The notes: generated from the letters alone by a model not told the origin. A stretch of 32,000 nucleotides of DNA from Cereibacter sphaeroides 2.4.1 (GCF_000012905.2 NC_007489.1:73285-105284), one strand, 5' to 3'; positions 7,464 to 18,224 are shown, numbered from the stretch's first letter. A program made the numbers and translations.

Positions 7464-9955
7464 CCCTCACACGGCGCGATCTCATCAAGGCTCAGGCCGC
7501 CGCCACCGCAGCGGCCGCGGCAGGTCTGCCGGTCTCAGCACTGGCCCAGCCTGTCACGGGCGGGGCGGAGGCCTTGCGGATCCGCTGGTCGAAGGCGCCC
7601 TGCCGCTTCTGCGGGACCGGCTGCGGCGTCATGGTGGGCACGCGCGACGGGCAGGTGGTTGCGACCCACGGTGACACCCAGGCCGAAGTGAATCGCGGCC
7701 TCAACTGCGTGAAGGGCTATTTCCTGTCCAAGATCATGTATGGCGAGGACCGGCTGACCACGCCGCTTTTGCGCATGAAGGACGGGGTCTACCACAAGGA
7801 GGGCGAGTTCGCGCCCGTCTCGTGGGACGAGGCCTTCGATGTCATGGCAGCCCAGGCCAAGCGCGTGCTGAAGGAGAAGGGCCCGAAGGCCGTCGGCATG
7901 TTCGGCTCGGGGCAATGGACCATCTGGGAAGGGTACGCGGCCTCCAAGCTCATGCGGGCGGGCTTCCGATCGAACAATCTCGACCCCAACGCGCGCCACT
8001 GCATGGCGTCGGCCGCCACCGCCTTCATGCGCACCTTTGGCATGGACGAGCCGATGGGCTGCTACGATGATTTCGAGGCCGCCGATGCCTTCGTGCTCTG
8101 GGGCTCGAACATGGCCGAGATGCACCCGATCCTCTGGAGCCGGTTGACCGACCGGCGGCTGAGCCACGAGCATGTGCGCGTGGCGGTCCTGTCGACCTTC
8201 ACCCACCGCAGCATGGATCTGGCCGATACGCCCATCATCTTCCGGCCGGGCACCGACCTCGCGATCCTGAACTACATCGCCCACCACATCATCTCCACCG
8301 GCCGGGTCAACCGGGACTTCGTCGACCGGCACACCAACTTCGCGCTGGGGGCCACCGACATCGGCTACGGGCTGCGCCCCGAGCACCAGCTTCAGCTGGC
8401 CGCCAAGGGCGCGGCGGACGCGGGTGCGATGACGCCGACCGATTTCGAGACCTTCGCCGCCCTCGTTTCCGAATACACGCTCGAAAAAGCGGCAGAGATT
8501 TCGGGAGTGGAGCCGGCGCTGCTCGAGGAGCTGGCCGAACTCTACGCCGATCCGGACCGCAAGGTGATGTCTCTCTGGACCATGGGCTTCAACCAGCATG
8601 TCCGCGGGGTCTGGGCCAATCACATGGTCTACAACCTGCACCTGCTGACCGGGAAGATCTCCGAGCCCGGCAACTCGCCTTTCTCGCTCACCGGCCAGCC
8701 CTCGGCCTGCGGCACCGCGCGCGAAGTGGGCACCTTCGCCCACCGCCTGCCTGCCGACATGGTGGTGACCAATCCCGAGCACCGCGCGCACGCCGAGGAG
8801 ATCTGGAAGCTGCCCGCGGGACTTCTCCCCGACTGGGTGGGCGCCCATGCGGTCGAGCAGGACCGCAAGCTCCACGACGGCGAGATCAATTTCTACTGGG
8901 TGCAGGTCAACAACAACATGCAGGCCGCCCCCAACATCGACCAGGAGACCTATCCGGGATACCGCAATCCCGAGAATTTCATCGTGGTCTCGGATGCCTA
9001 TCCGACCGTCACCGGCCGCTGCGCCGATCTCGTGCTTCCGGCGGCCATGTGGGTCGAGAAGGAGGGTGCCTATGGCAATGCCGAGCGGCGCACCCACTTC
9101 TGGCACCAGCTCGTCGAGGCGCCGGGCGAGGCGCGCTCGGATCTCTGGCAGCTCATGGAATTCTCCAAGCGCTTCACGACCGACGAGGTCTGGCCCGAGG
9201 AGATCCTCTCGGCAGCGCCCGCCTATCGCGGCAAGACATTGTTCGAGGTGCTCTTCGCCAACGGCTCGGTGGACCGGTTCCCGGCCAGCGACGTGAACCC
9301 CGACCATGCCAACCACGAGGCCGCGCTCTTCGGCTTCTATCCGCAGAAGGGCCTCTTCGAGGAATATGCCGCCTTCGGACGCGGCCATGGCCACGATCTC
9401 GCTCCCTTCGACACCTATCACGAGGTGCGCGGTCTGCGCTGGCCCGTGGTCGAGGGCGAGGAGACCCGCTGGCGCTATCGCGAGGGCTTTGATCCCTATG
9501 TGAAGCCGGGCGAGGGGCTGCGCTTCTACGGCAAGCCCGACGGACGCGCGGTCATCCTCGGTGTGCCCTACGAGCCTCCCGCCGAGAGCCCAGACGAGGA
9601 GTTCGGCTTCTGGCTCGTGACGGGGCGCGTACTCGAGCACTGGCACTCCGGCTCCATGACGCTGCGCGTGCCCGAGCTCTACAAGGCCTTCCCGGGAGCC
9701 GTCTGCTTCATGCATCCCGAGGATGCGCGCTCCCGCGGGCTCAATCGCGGATCCGAGGTGCGGGTGATCTCGCGGCGGGGCGAGATCCGCACGCGGCTCG
9801 AGACCCGAGGCCGCAACCGGATGCCGCGCGGCGTGGTGTTCGTGCCCTGGTTCGACGCGAGCCAGCTCATCAACAAGGTGACGCTCGACGCGAACGATCC
9901 GATCTCGCGGCAGACGGACTTCAAGAAATGTGCCGTGAAAATCGAGGCGGTGTGA
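7460..9955 (+). CDS. napA: NapA, periplasmic nitrate reductase catalytic subunit (molybdopterin)
   Basis: A Tat signal ([29 protein letters not shown]), the [4Fe-4S] motif CRFCGTGCG, and 831 aa of collinear molybdopterin oxidoreductase sequence. Confidence 0.98.
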   Translation: MTLTRRDLIKAQAAATAAAAAGLPVSALAQPVTGGAEALRIRWSKAPCRFCGTGCGVMVGTRDGQVVATHGDTQAEVNRGLNCVKGYFLSKIMYGEDRLTTPLLRMKDGVYHKEGEFAPVSWDEAFDVMAAQAKRVLKEKGPKAVGMFGSGQWTIWEGYAASKLMRAGFRSNNLDPNARHCMASAATAFMRTFGMDEPMGCYDDFEAADAFVLWGSNMAEMHPILWSRLTDRRLSHEHVRVAVLSTFTHRSMDLADTPIIFRPGTDLAILNYIAHHIISTGRVNRDFVDRHTNFALGATDIGYGLRPEHQLQLAAKGAADAGAMTPTDFETFAALVSEYTLEKAAEISGVEPALLEELAELYADPDRKVMSLWTMGFNQHVRGVWANHMVYNLHLLTGKISEPGNSPFSLTGQPSACGTAREVGTFAHRLPADMVVTNPEHRAHAEEIWKLPAGLLPDWVGAHAVEQDRKLHDGEINFYWVQVNNNMQAAPNIDQETYPGYRNPENFIVVSDAYPTVTGRCADLVLPAAMWVEKEGAYGNAERRTHFWHQLVEAPGEARSDLWQLMEFSKRFTTDEVWPEEILSAAPAYRGKTLFEVLFANGSVDRFPASDVNPDHANHEAALFGFYPQKGLFEEYAAFGRGHGHDLAPFDTYHEVRGLRWPVVEGEETRWRYREGFDPYVKPGEGLRFYGKPDGRAVILGVPYEPPAESPDEEFGFWLVTGRVLEHWHSGSMTLRVPELYKAFPGAVCFMHPEDARSRGLNRGSEVRVISRRGEIRTRLETRGRNRMPRGVVFVPWFDASQLINKVTLDANDPISRQTDFKKCAVKIEAV

Positions 9956-9957
9956 CC

Positions 9958-10422
9958 ATGAGCGTGCATCCCACCCTCCGCTTCCTGGCCACAGCTCTCG
10001 TCGCGCTCGGTGCAGGTGCCGCCTTGGCACAGGACGCGCCACGTCTCACCGGTGCGGACCGGCCCATGAGCGAGGTGGCCGCACCGCCCCTGCCGGAGAC
10101 CATCACCGACGACCGCCGCGTGGGCCGCAACTATCCCGAGCAGCCGCCGGTGATCCCGCATTCGATCGAGGGCTACCAGCTCTCGGTCAATGCCAACCGC
10201 TGCCTCGAGTGCCACCGTCGGCAGTATTCGGGCCTCGTGGCAGCGCCGATGATCTCGATCACCCATTTCCAGGATCGCGAGGGGCAGATGCTGGCCGACG
10301 TCTCACCACGCCGCTATTTCTGCACCGCCTGCCATGTGCCGCAGACCAACGCGCAGCCGCTCGTCACCAACGAATTCCGCGACATGCTCACGCTGATGCC
10401 GGCCAGCAACGAGGCGGAATGA
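9958..10422 (+). CDS. napB: NapB, diheme cytochrome c subunit
   Basis: A signal peptide ([25 protein letters not shown]) and two CxxCH motifs (CLECH, CTACH). The ATG at 9958 lies 3 nt after the napA stop. Confidence 0.93.
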
Positions 10423-10423
10423 C

Positions 10424-11107
10424 ATGCGCCTGCCCTCGTTCCTCCGCCGGTTCTGGTCCATCGCCACCTCGCCCTCTAGCTTTCTCAGCGTGGGATTCCT
10501 CACCCTCGGAGGCTTCGTTGGCGGCGTCCTGTTCTGGGGCGGGTTCAACACGGCCCTCGAGGCCACCAACACGGAAGCCTTCTGCACCTCCTGCCACGAG
10601 ATGCAGTCGAACGTCTTCGAGGAGCTGACGCGGACCGTCCATTACACCAACCGCTCCGGCGTGCGCGCGGGCTGTCCCGACTGCCATGTTCCGCATGAAT
10701 GGACCGACAAGATCGCGCGGAAGATGCAGGCATCGAAGGAGGTCTGGGGCCATCTCTTCGGCACCATCGACACGCGTCGCAAGTTCCTCGACAACCGTCT
10801 GCGGCTGGCCGAACACGAATGGGCGCGGCTGAAGGCGAACGACTCGCTGGAATGCCGGAACTGTCACTCCGAAGTGGCGATGGACTTCACCCGCCAGACG
10901 GACCGCGCGGCGCAGATCCACACGCAATATCTGATCCAGACCGAGGGCTATACCTGCATCGACTGCCACAAGGGCATTGCGCATGAGCTGCCCGACATGC
11001 GGGGCATCGATCCGGGCTGGCTTCCGCCGGCAGACCTGCGCGCGTCGCTTCCCGACCATGGGTCGTCGTTCGATCTGGAGGGCGCCCGCGCCTATGTAGC
11101 GGACTGA
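10424..11107 (+). CDS. napC: NapC, membrane-anchored tetraheme cytochrome c (NapC/NirT family)
   Basis: An N-terminal TM helix and four CxxCH motifs (CTSCH, CPDCH, CRNCH, CIDCH). Confidence 0.96.
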
Positions 11108-11247
11108 TACGGATCGGTCCGTACCGCTGCGCTTGCTGGAGGGGTTATGCCGCCCGGCCGGCGCTCGAGTCCGACTGCGCAAGAGCCTCTTGAACGCTTA
11201 CGCGCGAAGTGCTCGTTCGAGAGTGCCTTGAGTCCTTGCAGTGGCGA

Positions 11248-11709
11248 TCAGAAGCAGTCTTCGCGCTGCACGATGATGCGCAATGCTTCGGTCGTTCCGG
11301 CTCTGTACTGGTGCTCGATGCGGGCGCCGAGTTCCAGTGCCGCGCGGAGGTTGGTGGCGCGGCAATTTTGCTGAATTGCATCCGCCCGCGTCGGCAGCGC
11401 TTTGCGATCGGAAATGTCGTAGATGTAGATCAGGGCCCGCTTCTGGGCCACGACTTCGAGCAGCCTGGTGGTCGGATTGATGATGACCGGGCTGCCTGCC
11501 GGCATGGCGAGGCTCTTCAGCAGCCGTTGTCGGCGATCAATGGCTGCCGATTGCAGGGAGGCCAGATAGGTTGCGATCAACCCCGTGATCAGCAGGCATG
11601 CCGCGGAGGCATACCAGCTGTTGCGCAAGGACCAGGTCGCAAGGGTGAAGAGCAGCAGGAGCAATATGACGAAGAACAGCAGGACGATGACGGGGCCGAG
11701 ATAGATCAT
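11248..11709 (-). CDS. Hypothetical membrane protein (two predicted TM helices)
   Basis: A 153-aa ORF with a hydrophobic N-terminus (MIYLGPVIVLLFFVILLLLLF, ACLLITGLIATYLA). Local GC is lower than in the neighbours. It lies immediately downstream of the adhesin gene on the same strand. No family recognised. Confidence 0.55.
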   Translation of the reverse strand: MIYLGPVIVLLFFVILLLLLFTLATWSLRNSWYASAACLLITGLIATYLASLQSAAIDRRQRLLKSLAMPAGSPVIINPTTRLLEVVAQKRALIYIYDISDRKALPTRADAIQQNCRATNLRAALELGARIEHQYRAGTTEALRIIVQREDCF

Positions 11710-11772
11710 GAGAAGTCTGTTTCCGAAGTGACGGCCCGGCGGCGTTCGCAGTGCCTCTGCCAGATACGGGGA

Positions 11773-13146
11773 TCAGAAGCTCCAGCCGACGCCGACACCG
11801 GCACCCGTCTTGCCGCCGGCATGGCTGAGCGCGCCACGTAACGTCACATTGTTGTTCACGATGGCAGTTCCCCCCAAGGCCAGCGCCTCTTGGCCATCGA
11901 ACCCACCGACGGCCACGCCGAAGGAGTGATTGCTGCCGTCGAGGGGAGCTGGAAGCTGTGCCATCGCCATGCTCATCGCGACGCCCGCACTCACCTCCCG
12001 AAGCCCGTCATTCAGCTGCCCGACGTTGACGGCGTCATTGTCTTCCACGCCGTCGGCGATCCCCGACAGGCGGGCGGGTGCGCTGCCGGATCCGGAAAGG
12101 CGGGCGCCGGTGTCGGTCAGGGCAAGGGTGGTGTTACCTCCCTGCAGTGTTGCCTCGTGTATGGCAGTGATCCGGGTGGTTCCATTGGCCGTGGCCGTGA
12201 TGCCATTGCCGCCATGGGTAAGGACTGCGGCCGTGTCCGTCAGTTGCACCCGGGCTCCCCCTGCGGTCGTGGCCAGAATGCCGGACGAGCCCAAGGTGAA
12301 GCTGGAGCCGGCGTTGTTCATTGCAACCTGACCGGTCGTCTGCAGATCAGCCAGCCGGCTGCTTCCGGTAGTTTCCAGCTCTCCGAAGGAGAACTTCGAG
12401 GGAAGCGACAGGTTTCCGTCGATGGTCAGGTTGCCGGTGACGTGCAGGTCTTCCGTCCTCATGTCCTTGGCAACGAGATCGCCGAAGCCGGCGGCCCCGG
12501 TTACGGCCAGCGGGCCCAGCACGTCGACCTTTGCCATCGTACTGGCTCCCGACACGACGAGGGTGTCGAGTTGTGAGGTGCCGGCGACGGAAAGGGCTCC
12601 GGTCGAAGTGGTTCCCGCGACGCTGGCGCTTCCGAAGCGTCCGGCGCCTCCTACCTCCAGATCCGACCCGAAGCTCGCCGTGCCGCTCACGCCCATCGGT
12701 CCGTTGACGGCAAGGGCTTTCTGAACGGTGGCGGTCTGCATCCGCGCGTCGCCGAGGGTGCTTTGTCCGGCCACGTTCAGTGCGCCCGCGATTGCAGCGT
12801 TGCCCTGAACGGTTGCGCTCTGCAGAGTGCTGGCGCCGGAAACAGCTAGGGCGTTGAGCTGCGAGGTGCCGCTGACGGAGAGGGAGGTCGCGCTGGCGTC
12901 GCTCAGTACGCTGGGACCGGTGACGTTGAGGGCGCCTTCGAGGGTTGCCGCGGAGATGCTTCCCGCGCTTATGTGCCCCGTGATGGTCACGTCTCCGACG
13001 ATGGCCATTTCGGCTCCCGCCGCGCCAGTCGTCAGGGCAACCAAGGCAACGCCGCCCCAAAGGCCATACTTCGACCCTTTGGCCCCAGGGCGAAACCTCT
13101 GCATTGCCCCTGCCGCCACATGAGGCTGCCCAGTAGCGTCTTTCAT
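11773..13146 (-). CDS. Trimeric autotransporter adhesin (YadA-like C-terminal anchor)
   Basis: The C-terminus NDAVNVGQLNDGL...AGVAMSMAMAQLP...GVAVGGFDGQEALALGG...GVGVGWSF is a YadA-type membrane anchor. The passenger consists of repetitive Gly/Ser/Thr-rich beta-roll-like units (xxVxGxSxL). The start is taken at M43 (13146); 13104 or 13272 are alternatives. Confidence 0.88.
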   Translation of the reverse strand: MKDATGQPHVAAGAMQRFRPGAKGSKYGLWGGVALVALTTGAAGAEMAIVGDVTITGHISAGSISAATLEGALNVTGPSVLSDASATSLSVSGTSQLNALAVSGASTLQSATVQGNAAIAGALNVAGQSTLGDARMQTATVQKALAVNGPMGVSGTASFGSDLEVGGAGRFGSASVAGTTSTGALSVAGTSQLDTLVVSGASTMAKVDVLGPLAVTGAAGFGDLVAKDMRTEDLHVTGNLTIDGNLSLPSKFSFGELETTGSSRLADLQTTGQVAMNNAGSSFTLGSSGILATTAGGARVQLTDTAAVLTHGGNGITATANGTTRITAIHEATLQGGNTTLALTDTGARLSGSGSAPARLSGIADGVEDNDAVNVGQLNDGLREVSAGVAMSMAMAQLPAPLDGSNHSFGVAVGGFDGQEALALGGTAIVNNNVTLRGALSHAGGKTGAGVGVGWSF

Positions 13147-13753
13147 TGCTCGACCTCTGAATGGTGGACGCAGAGAGGGACGCCACCTGTTTTTATAATG
13201 GCTCGCACGACATTGGTCGTGTTGACACTCATGCGAACAGGGCAATCCAATACTTATTGATGTGGAGGTCAAAAACTGTCCAAGAGTTATCGACCGTGCA
13301 ACTTTTGATGATACGGTCCGCGTGAATCCCGCACCTTTTTAAAAATTCCGTGATCTTTGGAGGATTCTTCTCGGCCCCTGCTGGATGGGAATTATCCTTC
13401 GGATGATGGGTGGGGCAAATTTACCCGCTTAGATTGTCAGTCGCGAGCTTTACGACCGCGATGGATGTTCATGCGCGTGGAGGGGGATGCCGCGGCATTT
13501 TCGCCTTCCGGGGCGTGTAAGGGGGGGACATCACCCCACATGCCCAACCCATAAGACTTGTGCTCGGCGGCCGGGCTTTCGCTGGTGACCCTGCGTCGCT
13601 TCGAGAGCCACGATTATGCGGGTCTCGTGGCCACGAAGACCGTGGAGGGGGTCAGGACGATCCTCGAGCAACGGAGCGCGCGGTTTCTCGCCGCCGCTGA
13701 GCCTTCGCCCAGACCGGGCGTTGCCCCGATCTTCTGAGCGGCGGCATGTCCTC

Positions 13754-14632
13754 TCAGCGGAAGGGCTGGTTGCGGACCGCCCACAGGGCAGGTGGCAGGA
13801 TATCGGCGGTCAGCCGGGGCAGGATGCCGAAATCGGGGGAGGTGACGCTGGAGGCGCCCTTCAAACTTTCGATGGTCCGCTGGATGTCCTGAGCCTCATG
13901 CGCATGGAAGTCGAACAGCGCGCAGATCACCTGGCTTGCGAGACCGTCCGTCATCCGTTCCGCGATCCCGAGGCGCGCGCGTTCCGCAATGTCTCTGAAT
14001 GTATCGACCGCGTCACCCGGTCGGGCCAGCCCTGGGCCTGTCAGTGCATGCAGGACAGAGCGTACGAAATCCTTCGTGGCTTCGGCACTGGCGAAGAGGC
14101 CGGCCCCCTTGAGCTTCGTGTGATAGCGAGAAGCGGTTTTTGCCAGCGACTCGTATCTGTTCAGCCGGGGATAGCGTCCGATATAGGCTTCGACCAGTTC
14201 ATCACGGCGCTTGCCGGTAGCTGCCAGGCGGCAGCGCTGGTACTGCAGCACGAACCCCATCCCCCGCAGGAAATTGGTCGCGACTGGACGGCTCTGCTTC
14301 GGTTCTGGCAGGGACTTGACCGTTCCGGCTGTGGTCAGGGTGCGCGTGGTGGCCTTCAGGCCGGGGAGCTGAGACAGCGTCTCCAGCGCTGGCCCCGACG
14401 GCAGGCGCCCATCCGAAAGCCCGAGGAGCAGGTCGAATGAAGCCGGCTCGGCGATGTGGACGGTATTCATGAGAAGGAGAAGGGCCGTGTCGAGGGTGCC
14501 TGCGGCTCCGCCGGACTGGGCGAGAGTGGCAGTCAGCGATGCCGTGAAATCCTTTTCCATCCGTTCCCTGCGGTTTGCCGGTTTGAAGTCCTGCACTTCG
14601 AACGACGGTGGCGGTGGTGGTGGAAGAGGCAA
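13754..14632 (-). CDS. Hypothetical protein (292 aa) with a poly-proline N-terminus
   Basis: A long ORF with good GC3, divergent from the prim-pol/helicase gene. N-terminus MPLPPPPPPSFEV. No family recognised. An alternative start is at 14560 (MEKDF). Confidence 0.6.
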   Translation of the reverse strand: MPLPPPPPPSFEVQDFKPANRRERMEKDFTASLTATLAQSGGAAGTLDTALLLLMNTVHIAEPASFDLLLGLSDGRLPSGPALETLSQLPGLKATTRTLTTAGTVKSLPEPKQSRPVATNFLRGMGFVLQYQRCRLAATGKRRDELVEAYIGRYPRLNRYESLAKTASRYHTKLKGAGLFASAEATKDFVRSVLHALTGPGLARPGDAVDTFRDIAERARLGIAERMTDGLASQVICALFDFHAHEAQDIQRTIESLKGASSVTSPDFGILPRLTADILPPALWAVRNQPFR

Positions 14633-14832
14633 GAAAGATCAAGTGGCTGGATCAAAGCGCCAAAGCGTCAAACTGTCCATTAACCGAGCGGACCAGGAGA
14701 TAGCGCAGGGCTGACGCGGGAAGCGGCTGGCCTTCATTCATACCTCCGATCAAAAGTCAATCCTCTGAGTGCCGCCTCCCGCGGGAGCGTGCGGGATGCT
14801 CCGTTCTGCGACGCTTGTGCCATCGCAAATGA

Positions 14833-17532
14833 ATGGAACTCACAATGTTCTCGGTGACGAAGGTCAAGGCAGTCAGGCCGGTGGAGCTGTCGAAGCGGTA
14901 TGATCTGCGCGACGGCAACCTGACGAAGACGGTGGTGGCGGCGCTCTCTCGCGGTCAGGTAGAGACGCTGGAGCTCGAAGGGATCGAGGCCCTGGCAGAG
15001 GTGATCTCCCGGCTCACGCCGGCGGAGGCGCTCATGCTCGGCGTGCCCCAGATCAAGTCCGCCACGACGATTGTAACCCGGCGGATGCTAAGCGCGCATC
15101 TCCGTGAAGGAGATATTGCCCGGACGGCTGATAATTTCGTCTATCCCGAAGGGGCGGGTTTCCTGTTCATCGACCACGACGGTCTGCAGGACGGAACCTG
15201 CCTCTCCCGGGAGGATCTGCTCGAGCGGCTTTACGCCTGCGCGCCAAGCCTGCGGCAGGTCAAGATCCTCGCGTTGCCCTCGTCCTCCTCGCACATCTGC
15301 CGGACGGACACTGGCGAGGATCTGACCGGCGCGCGGGGGTTGCATCTCTATATCCCCGTGAAGGACGCGCGGGACATCCCGCGCATCGGCAAGGTCCTGA
15401 CCGATCTCCTCTGGCTGGGCGACCAGGGATATGTGCGGATCGCCTCGAATGGCGCCCGTCTGCTGCGCAGCCCGATCGACAGCACGGTCTGGCAGCCGAG
15501 CCGGCTGGTGTTTGCGGCTGGGGCGATCTGCGCCAACGGGCTTGAGCAGCGGCGGGGCGCGCCGGTGATCGTCAATCCGGAAGGCGCGGACCTCTGGGAC
15601 AGCGTGGCGCTGCTGCCTACTCTCGATGCGGCCGCCCAGGCTCTGGTGCAGGCGACGCGCGACCGCGCCCTGGCGCTGTCCCAGAAGGCGGCGGATGAAC
15701 AGCGAGCGGTCTGGCTCGAGGACTTTCGTCCGGGGCTGTTGCGCGATCTCGGGGCCGGGCCGGAGGCACGGGAGCCGCGGGAGGAACTCCTTGCCGCGGT
15801 GGAAAATGCCGTTCTCGGCCCGGGCCTCCTGCTCTTCGTCCGGCGTGCCGGCGAGGTGCAGTTCGCGCCGGTGACCGTGGAGGCCATCCTCGCCGACCGG
15901 ATCGGCTATCACCGGGCAATCACGCTCGACCCGATCGAGCCCGACTACAACGGTCGGGCTCCCGTCGGCTGTCTGTTCCTCGACGGGAGAACTCCGGTCC
16001 TGCATTCGATGGCGCATGGCGGAACGAGCTATCGGCTCGAGCGGCGGACAACGATCGTCGAGCTTCATCCTGGCCGGATGGCGGAGGCGACGGAGGCGGT
16101 GCTCACCCACATGCGCGGCGACAGCCGCTTCATGGATCACGGCGACCTCCTCGTCACGATCCATGACGGCAAGCGCCAGCCGATCGACGAATACCGGCTC
16201 GAACTCATGCTGGGAGACATCCTGTTCCTGAAGGCCGACGCAAAGGGGAGGATGAAGCCCTCCGATCCGCCGTCGAGGCTTCTGCGCCAGATCCTGAGCC
16301 TCGGCGCGCAGCGCCGCCTGCGCCGCCTGACCTTCATTCTGCGCCGCCCGACCCTCAACGCCCGGGGGGAACTGCTCACGCGGCCCGGCCATCATGCGGG
16401 CGAGGGCCTCTATCTGGACTACGATCCCGAGGAGTGGCCCGAGATCCCCCTGACCCTTTCGCAGGAGGATGCACGAGCCGCCCTGAAAATGATCTGGAAG
16501 CCCTTCGCGGCCTTTCCTTTCGTGGATGCGGCTTCGCGCGGAGCCCTTCTGGCGGCGATTTTTACCGCGATCCTTCGTCCGTCCCTGCCGACGGCACCCC
16601 TGGTTGCCAGTGACGCTCCCAACCACGCCTGCGGCAAGACCTTGGCGCTGGAGGCGGTGGCCAGCCTCGCTGCGGGCGAGCCGGTGAGCGTGGCGGCGCC
16701 CTTCGACGGGGACCAGGCGGAGATGCGCAAGCTGCTGACCAGCACCGCCCTTGCCGGCGACTCCACGCTCCTCTTCGACAATTGCCGGACCTTGCTCGAC
16801 TCCCCCCAGCTGAGCGCCTTCCTGACGGGCGAATACTGGTCGGACCGGCTCCTCGGATCCAACGTGATGCGCAATGGCCTGCCCACCCAGATCTTCCTGG
16901 GCGTCACGGGGGTCAACCTGCAGTTCAGCGCCGAACTGCGGCGCCGGACGATCGCCTGGCGGATCGATCCGCAGGTCGAGCGCCCCCATGAGCGGGCCTT
17001 CGACTTCTGCCCGCGGGAGCAGGTCATGACGTTCTACAAGGAAATCGTGGCAGCCAGCCTTGCGCTCATCAGGACGGCGCAGGCTGCGGATCTGCCGAGG
17101 CCGGCTCATACCTTCGCCTCCTATCCGGTCTGGGACCGCCTGATCCGCACGGCGGTGCGACATGCCGCGCAGCTGACCGACGGCTTCTTCGCCGATCCGG
17201 TGCCCCAGGCTGTCCGCGCCGTGGCCGAGACGGAGGAGGTGATCGACCTGCACGCCCTGCTCGCCGGGCTGATGGAGGCCTTCGGCGGCGAGGCCTTCGG
17301 CTCGGTCGATGTCTGCATGCTGATCGAGGATCCGGCCAACCGCAGGCTCGGAGCCCTGATGGCAGGCGCCACCCAGCGTCCGGACCGGCTTTCCCCGAAA
17401 AGTCTCGGCCGCTATCTGGCGCAGTATGTCGACCGGCCGAGCGGCCATCTGGTGCTGCGGGCGCGGCGCGGAAGCAAGGCGCTGAGCTTCTTCGTGGAGC
17501 GCGTCCCTCAGGAGGCCCCGGAATCCGCCTGA
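14833..17532 (+). CDS. Putative primase-polymerase (AEP) fused to an SF3-type P-loop helicase (replicase of a mobile element or plasmid)
   Basis: AEP-like motifs are FLFIDHDG (D114/D116, nt 15172-15180), GARGLHLYIPV and PIDSTVWQPSRLVF. The C-terminal half has Walker A NHACGKT (K602, nt 16636-16638), a Walker B-like TLLFDNC and a sensor-like FLGVTGVN. The 786-aa antisense ORF is a GC artefact. Confidence 0.72.
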   Translation: MELTMFSVTKVKAVRPVELSKRYDLRDGNLTKTVVAALSRGQVETLELEGIEALAEVISRLTPAEALMLGVPQIKSATTIVTRRMLSAHLREGDIARTADNFVYPEGAGFLFIDHDGLQDGTCLSREDLLERLYACAPSLRQVKILALPSSSSHICRTDTGEDLTGARGLHLYIPVKDARDIPRIGKVLTDLLWLGDQGYVRIASNGARLLRSPIDSTVWQPSRLVFAAGAICANGLEQRRGAPVIVNPEGADLWDSVALLPTLDAAAQALVQATRDRALALSQKAADEQRAVWLEDFRPGLLRDLGAGPEAREPREELLAAVENAVLGPGLLLFVRRAGEVQFAPVTVEAILADRIGYHRAITLDPIEPDYNGRAPVGCLFLDGRTPVLHSMAHGGTSYRLERRTTIVELHPGRMAEATEAVLTHMRGDSRFMDHGDLLVTIHDGKRQPIDEYRLELMLGDILFLKADAKGRMKPSDPPSRLLRQILSLGAQRRLRRLTFILRRPTLNARGELLTRPGHHAGEGLYLDYDPEEWPEIPLTLSQEDARAALKMIWKPFAAFPFVDAASRGALLAAIFTAILRPSLPTAPLVASDAPNHACGKTLALEAVASLAAGEPVSVAAPFDGDQAEMRKLLTSTALAGDSTLLFDNCRTLLDSPQLSAFLTGEYWSDRLLGSNVMRNGLPTQIFLGVTGVNLQFSAELRRRTIAWRIDPQVERPHERAFDFCPREQVMTFYKEIVAASLALIRTAQAADLPRPAHTFASYPVWDRLIRTAVRHAAQLTDGFFADPVPQAVRAVAETEEVIDLHALLAGLMEAFGGEAFGSVDVCMLIEDPANRRLGALMAGATQRPDRLSPKSLGRYLAQYVDRPSGHLVLRARRGSKALSFFVERVPQEAPESA

Positions 17533-18224
17533 GGGAGGGGCGGCGTCTGCTTGCCGCAGGGCGCCGCTCGCAGACGTTATCCGGCTCAGCTTGGATTGGA
17601 CGAGCCGCCCCCAGCCGGCTTCCGGTGGTTTCAGCGTGTGACCTGCGCGCCGGGCGAGCAGGAGGCCGCGATGGGGCTTCCGATCGGTTCGGAGAGTTCA
17701 AGGTCCCGACCGGGCATGGCAATTACGGCGGGTCCGGATGGCGCGGCTAACGCCAGAACAACGCCTTGGGATGAGGCCCTGTCCGCGCCCCGGCGGCTGA
17801 TCGAAGACATCCCGGGGCATGGTTCTGCTCAAGGAGAGCAGGACTACTTCCACGGCTCGTCGGCTTCTTCCCAGCGTCGGATCCTGCTTTCGCCGGAGCT
17901 ACAGCTCTTTCGGGGGCAGGGGGGGAGCGAACGGATAAGGGACGGCCAAGTCTCGAAGTCCGATCGATGCGATCCTCGCGCCGGAAGATACGATTCCCGT
18001 ACATCGGAGGCCGGAAGGCGGACGGCTGCAATCCAGTGAGGTTGGCGGGTCATCCTAAGATCATCGGACGCCGCTTTTGCGCGCTTCTAGATTCCTCCTG
18101 CCGGTGCGAGCCTCCCAGGATCCGTCAGCCGCACGGGATGGTAAATTCTCATGGACCTGGGTTTCTTTCCGGAGCGATCGCCGGACATCCCGCGGGATCC
18201 GAGCAATCCGATCGCGGGGACCGG

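Noticed and set aside
7535-10042. 835-aa ORF antisense to napA, and the 306/327/252-aa ORFs antisense to napE-napF-napD
   Set aside because: Classic long shadow ORFs of a 68% GC gene. The sense frames have unambiguous Nap motifs.
13558-13737. Short frame encoding ...AAGLSLVTLRRFESHDYAGLVATKTVEGVRTILEQRSARFLAA..., resembling the second half of an XRE-type HTH protein
   Set aside because: Only about 59 codons, no proper N-terminal helix and only a TTG start. It is probably a truncated remnant and too weak to annotate as a feature. It is mentioned only as a possible island-boundary relic.
15088-17448. 786-aa ORF antisense to the prim-pol/helicase gene
   Set aside because: Shadow ORF with no recognisable motif and extreme Arg/Gly/Pro content. 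The sense frame carries the AEP and Walker motifs.
17533-18224. ORFs 17551-18039 (+) and 17747-18031 (-) in the gap after the replicase-like gene
   Set aside because: Low-complexity, Arg/Ser/Gly-rich translations with no motifs or RBS. The region is treated as non-coding (possible ori or regulatory DNA), and I found no clear iterons by eye.
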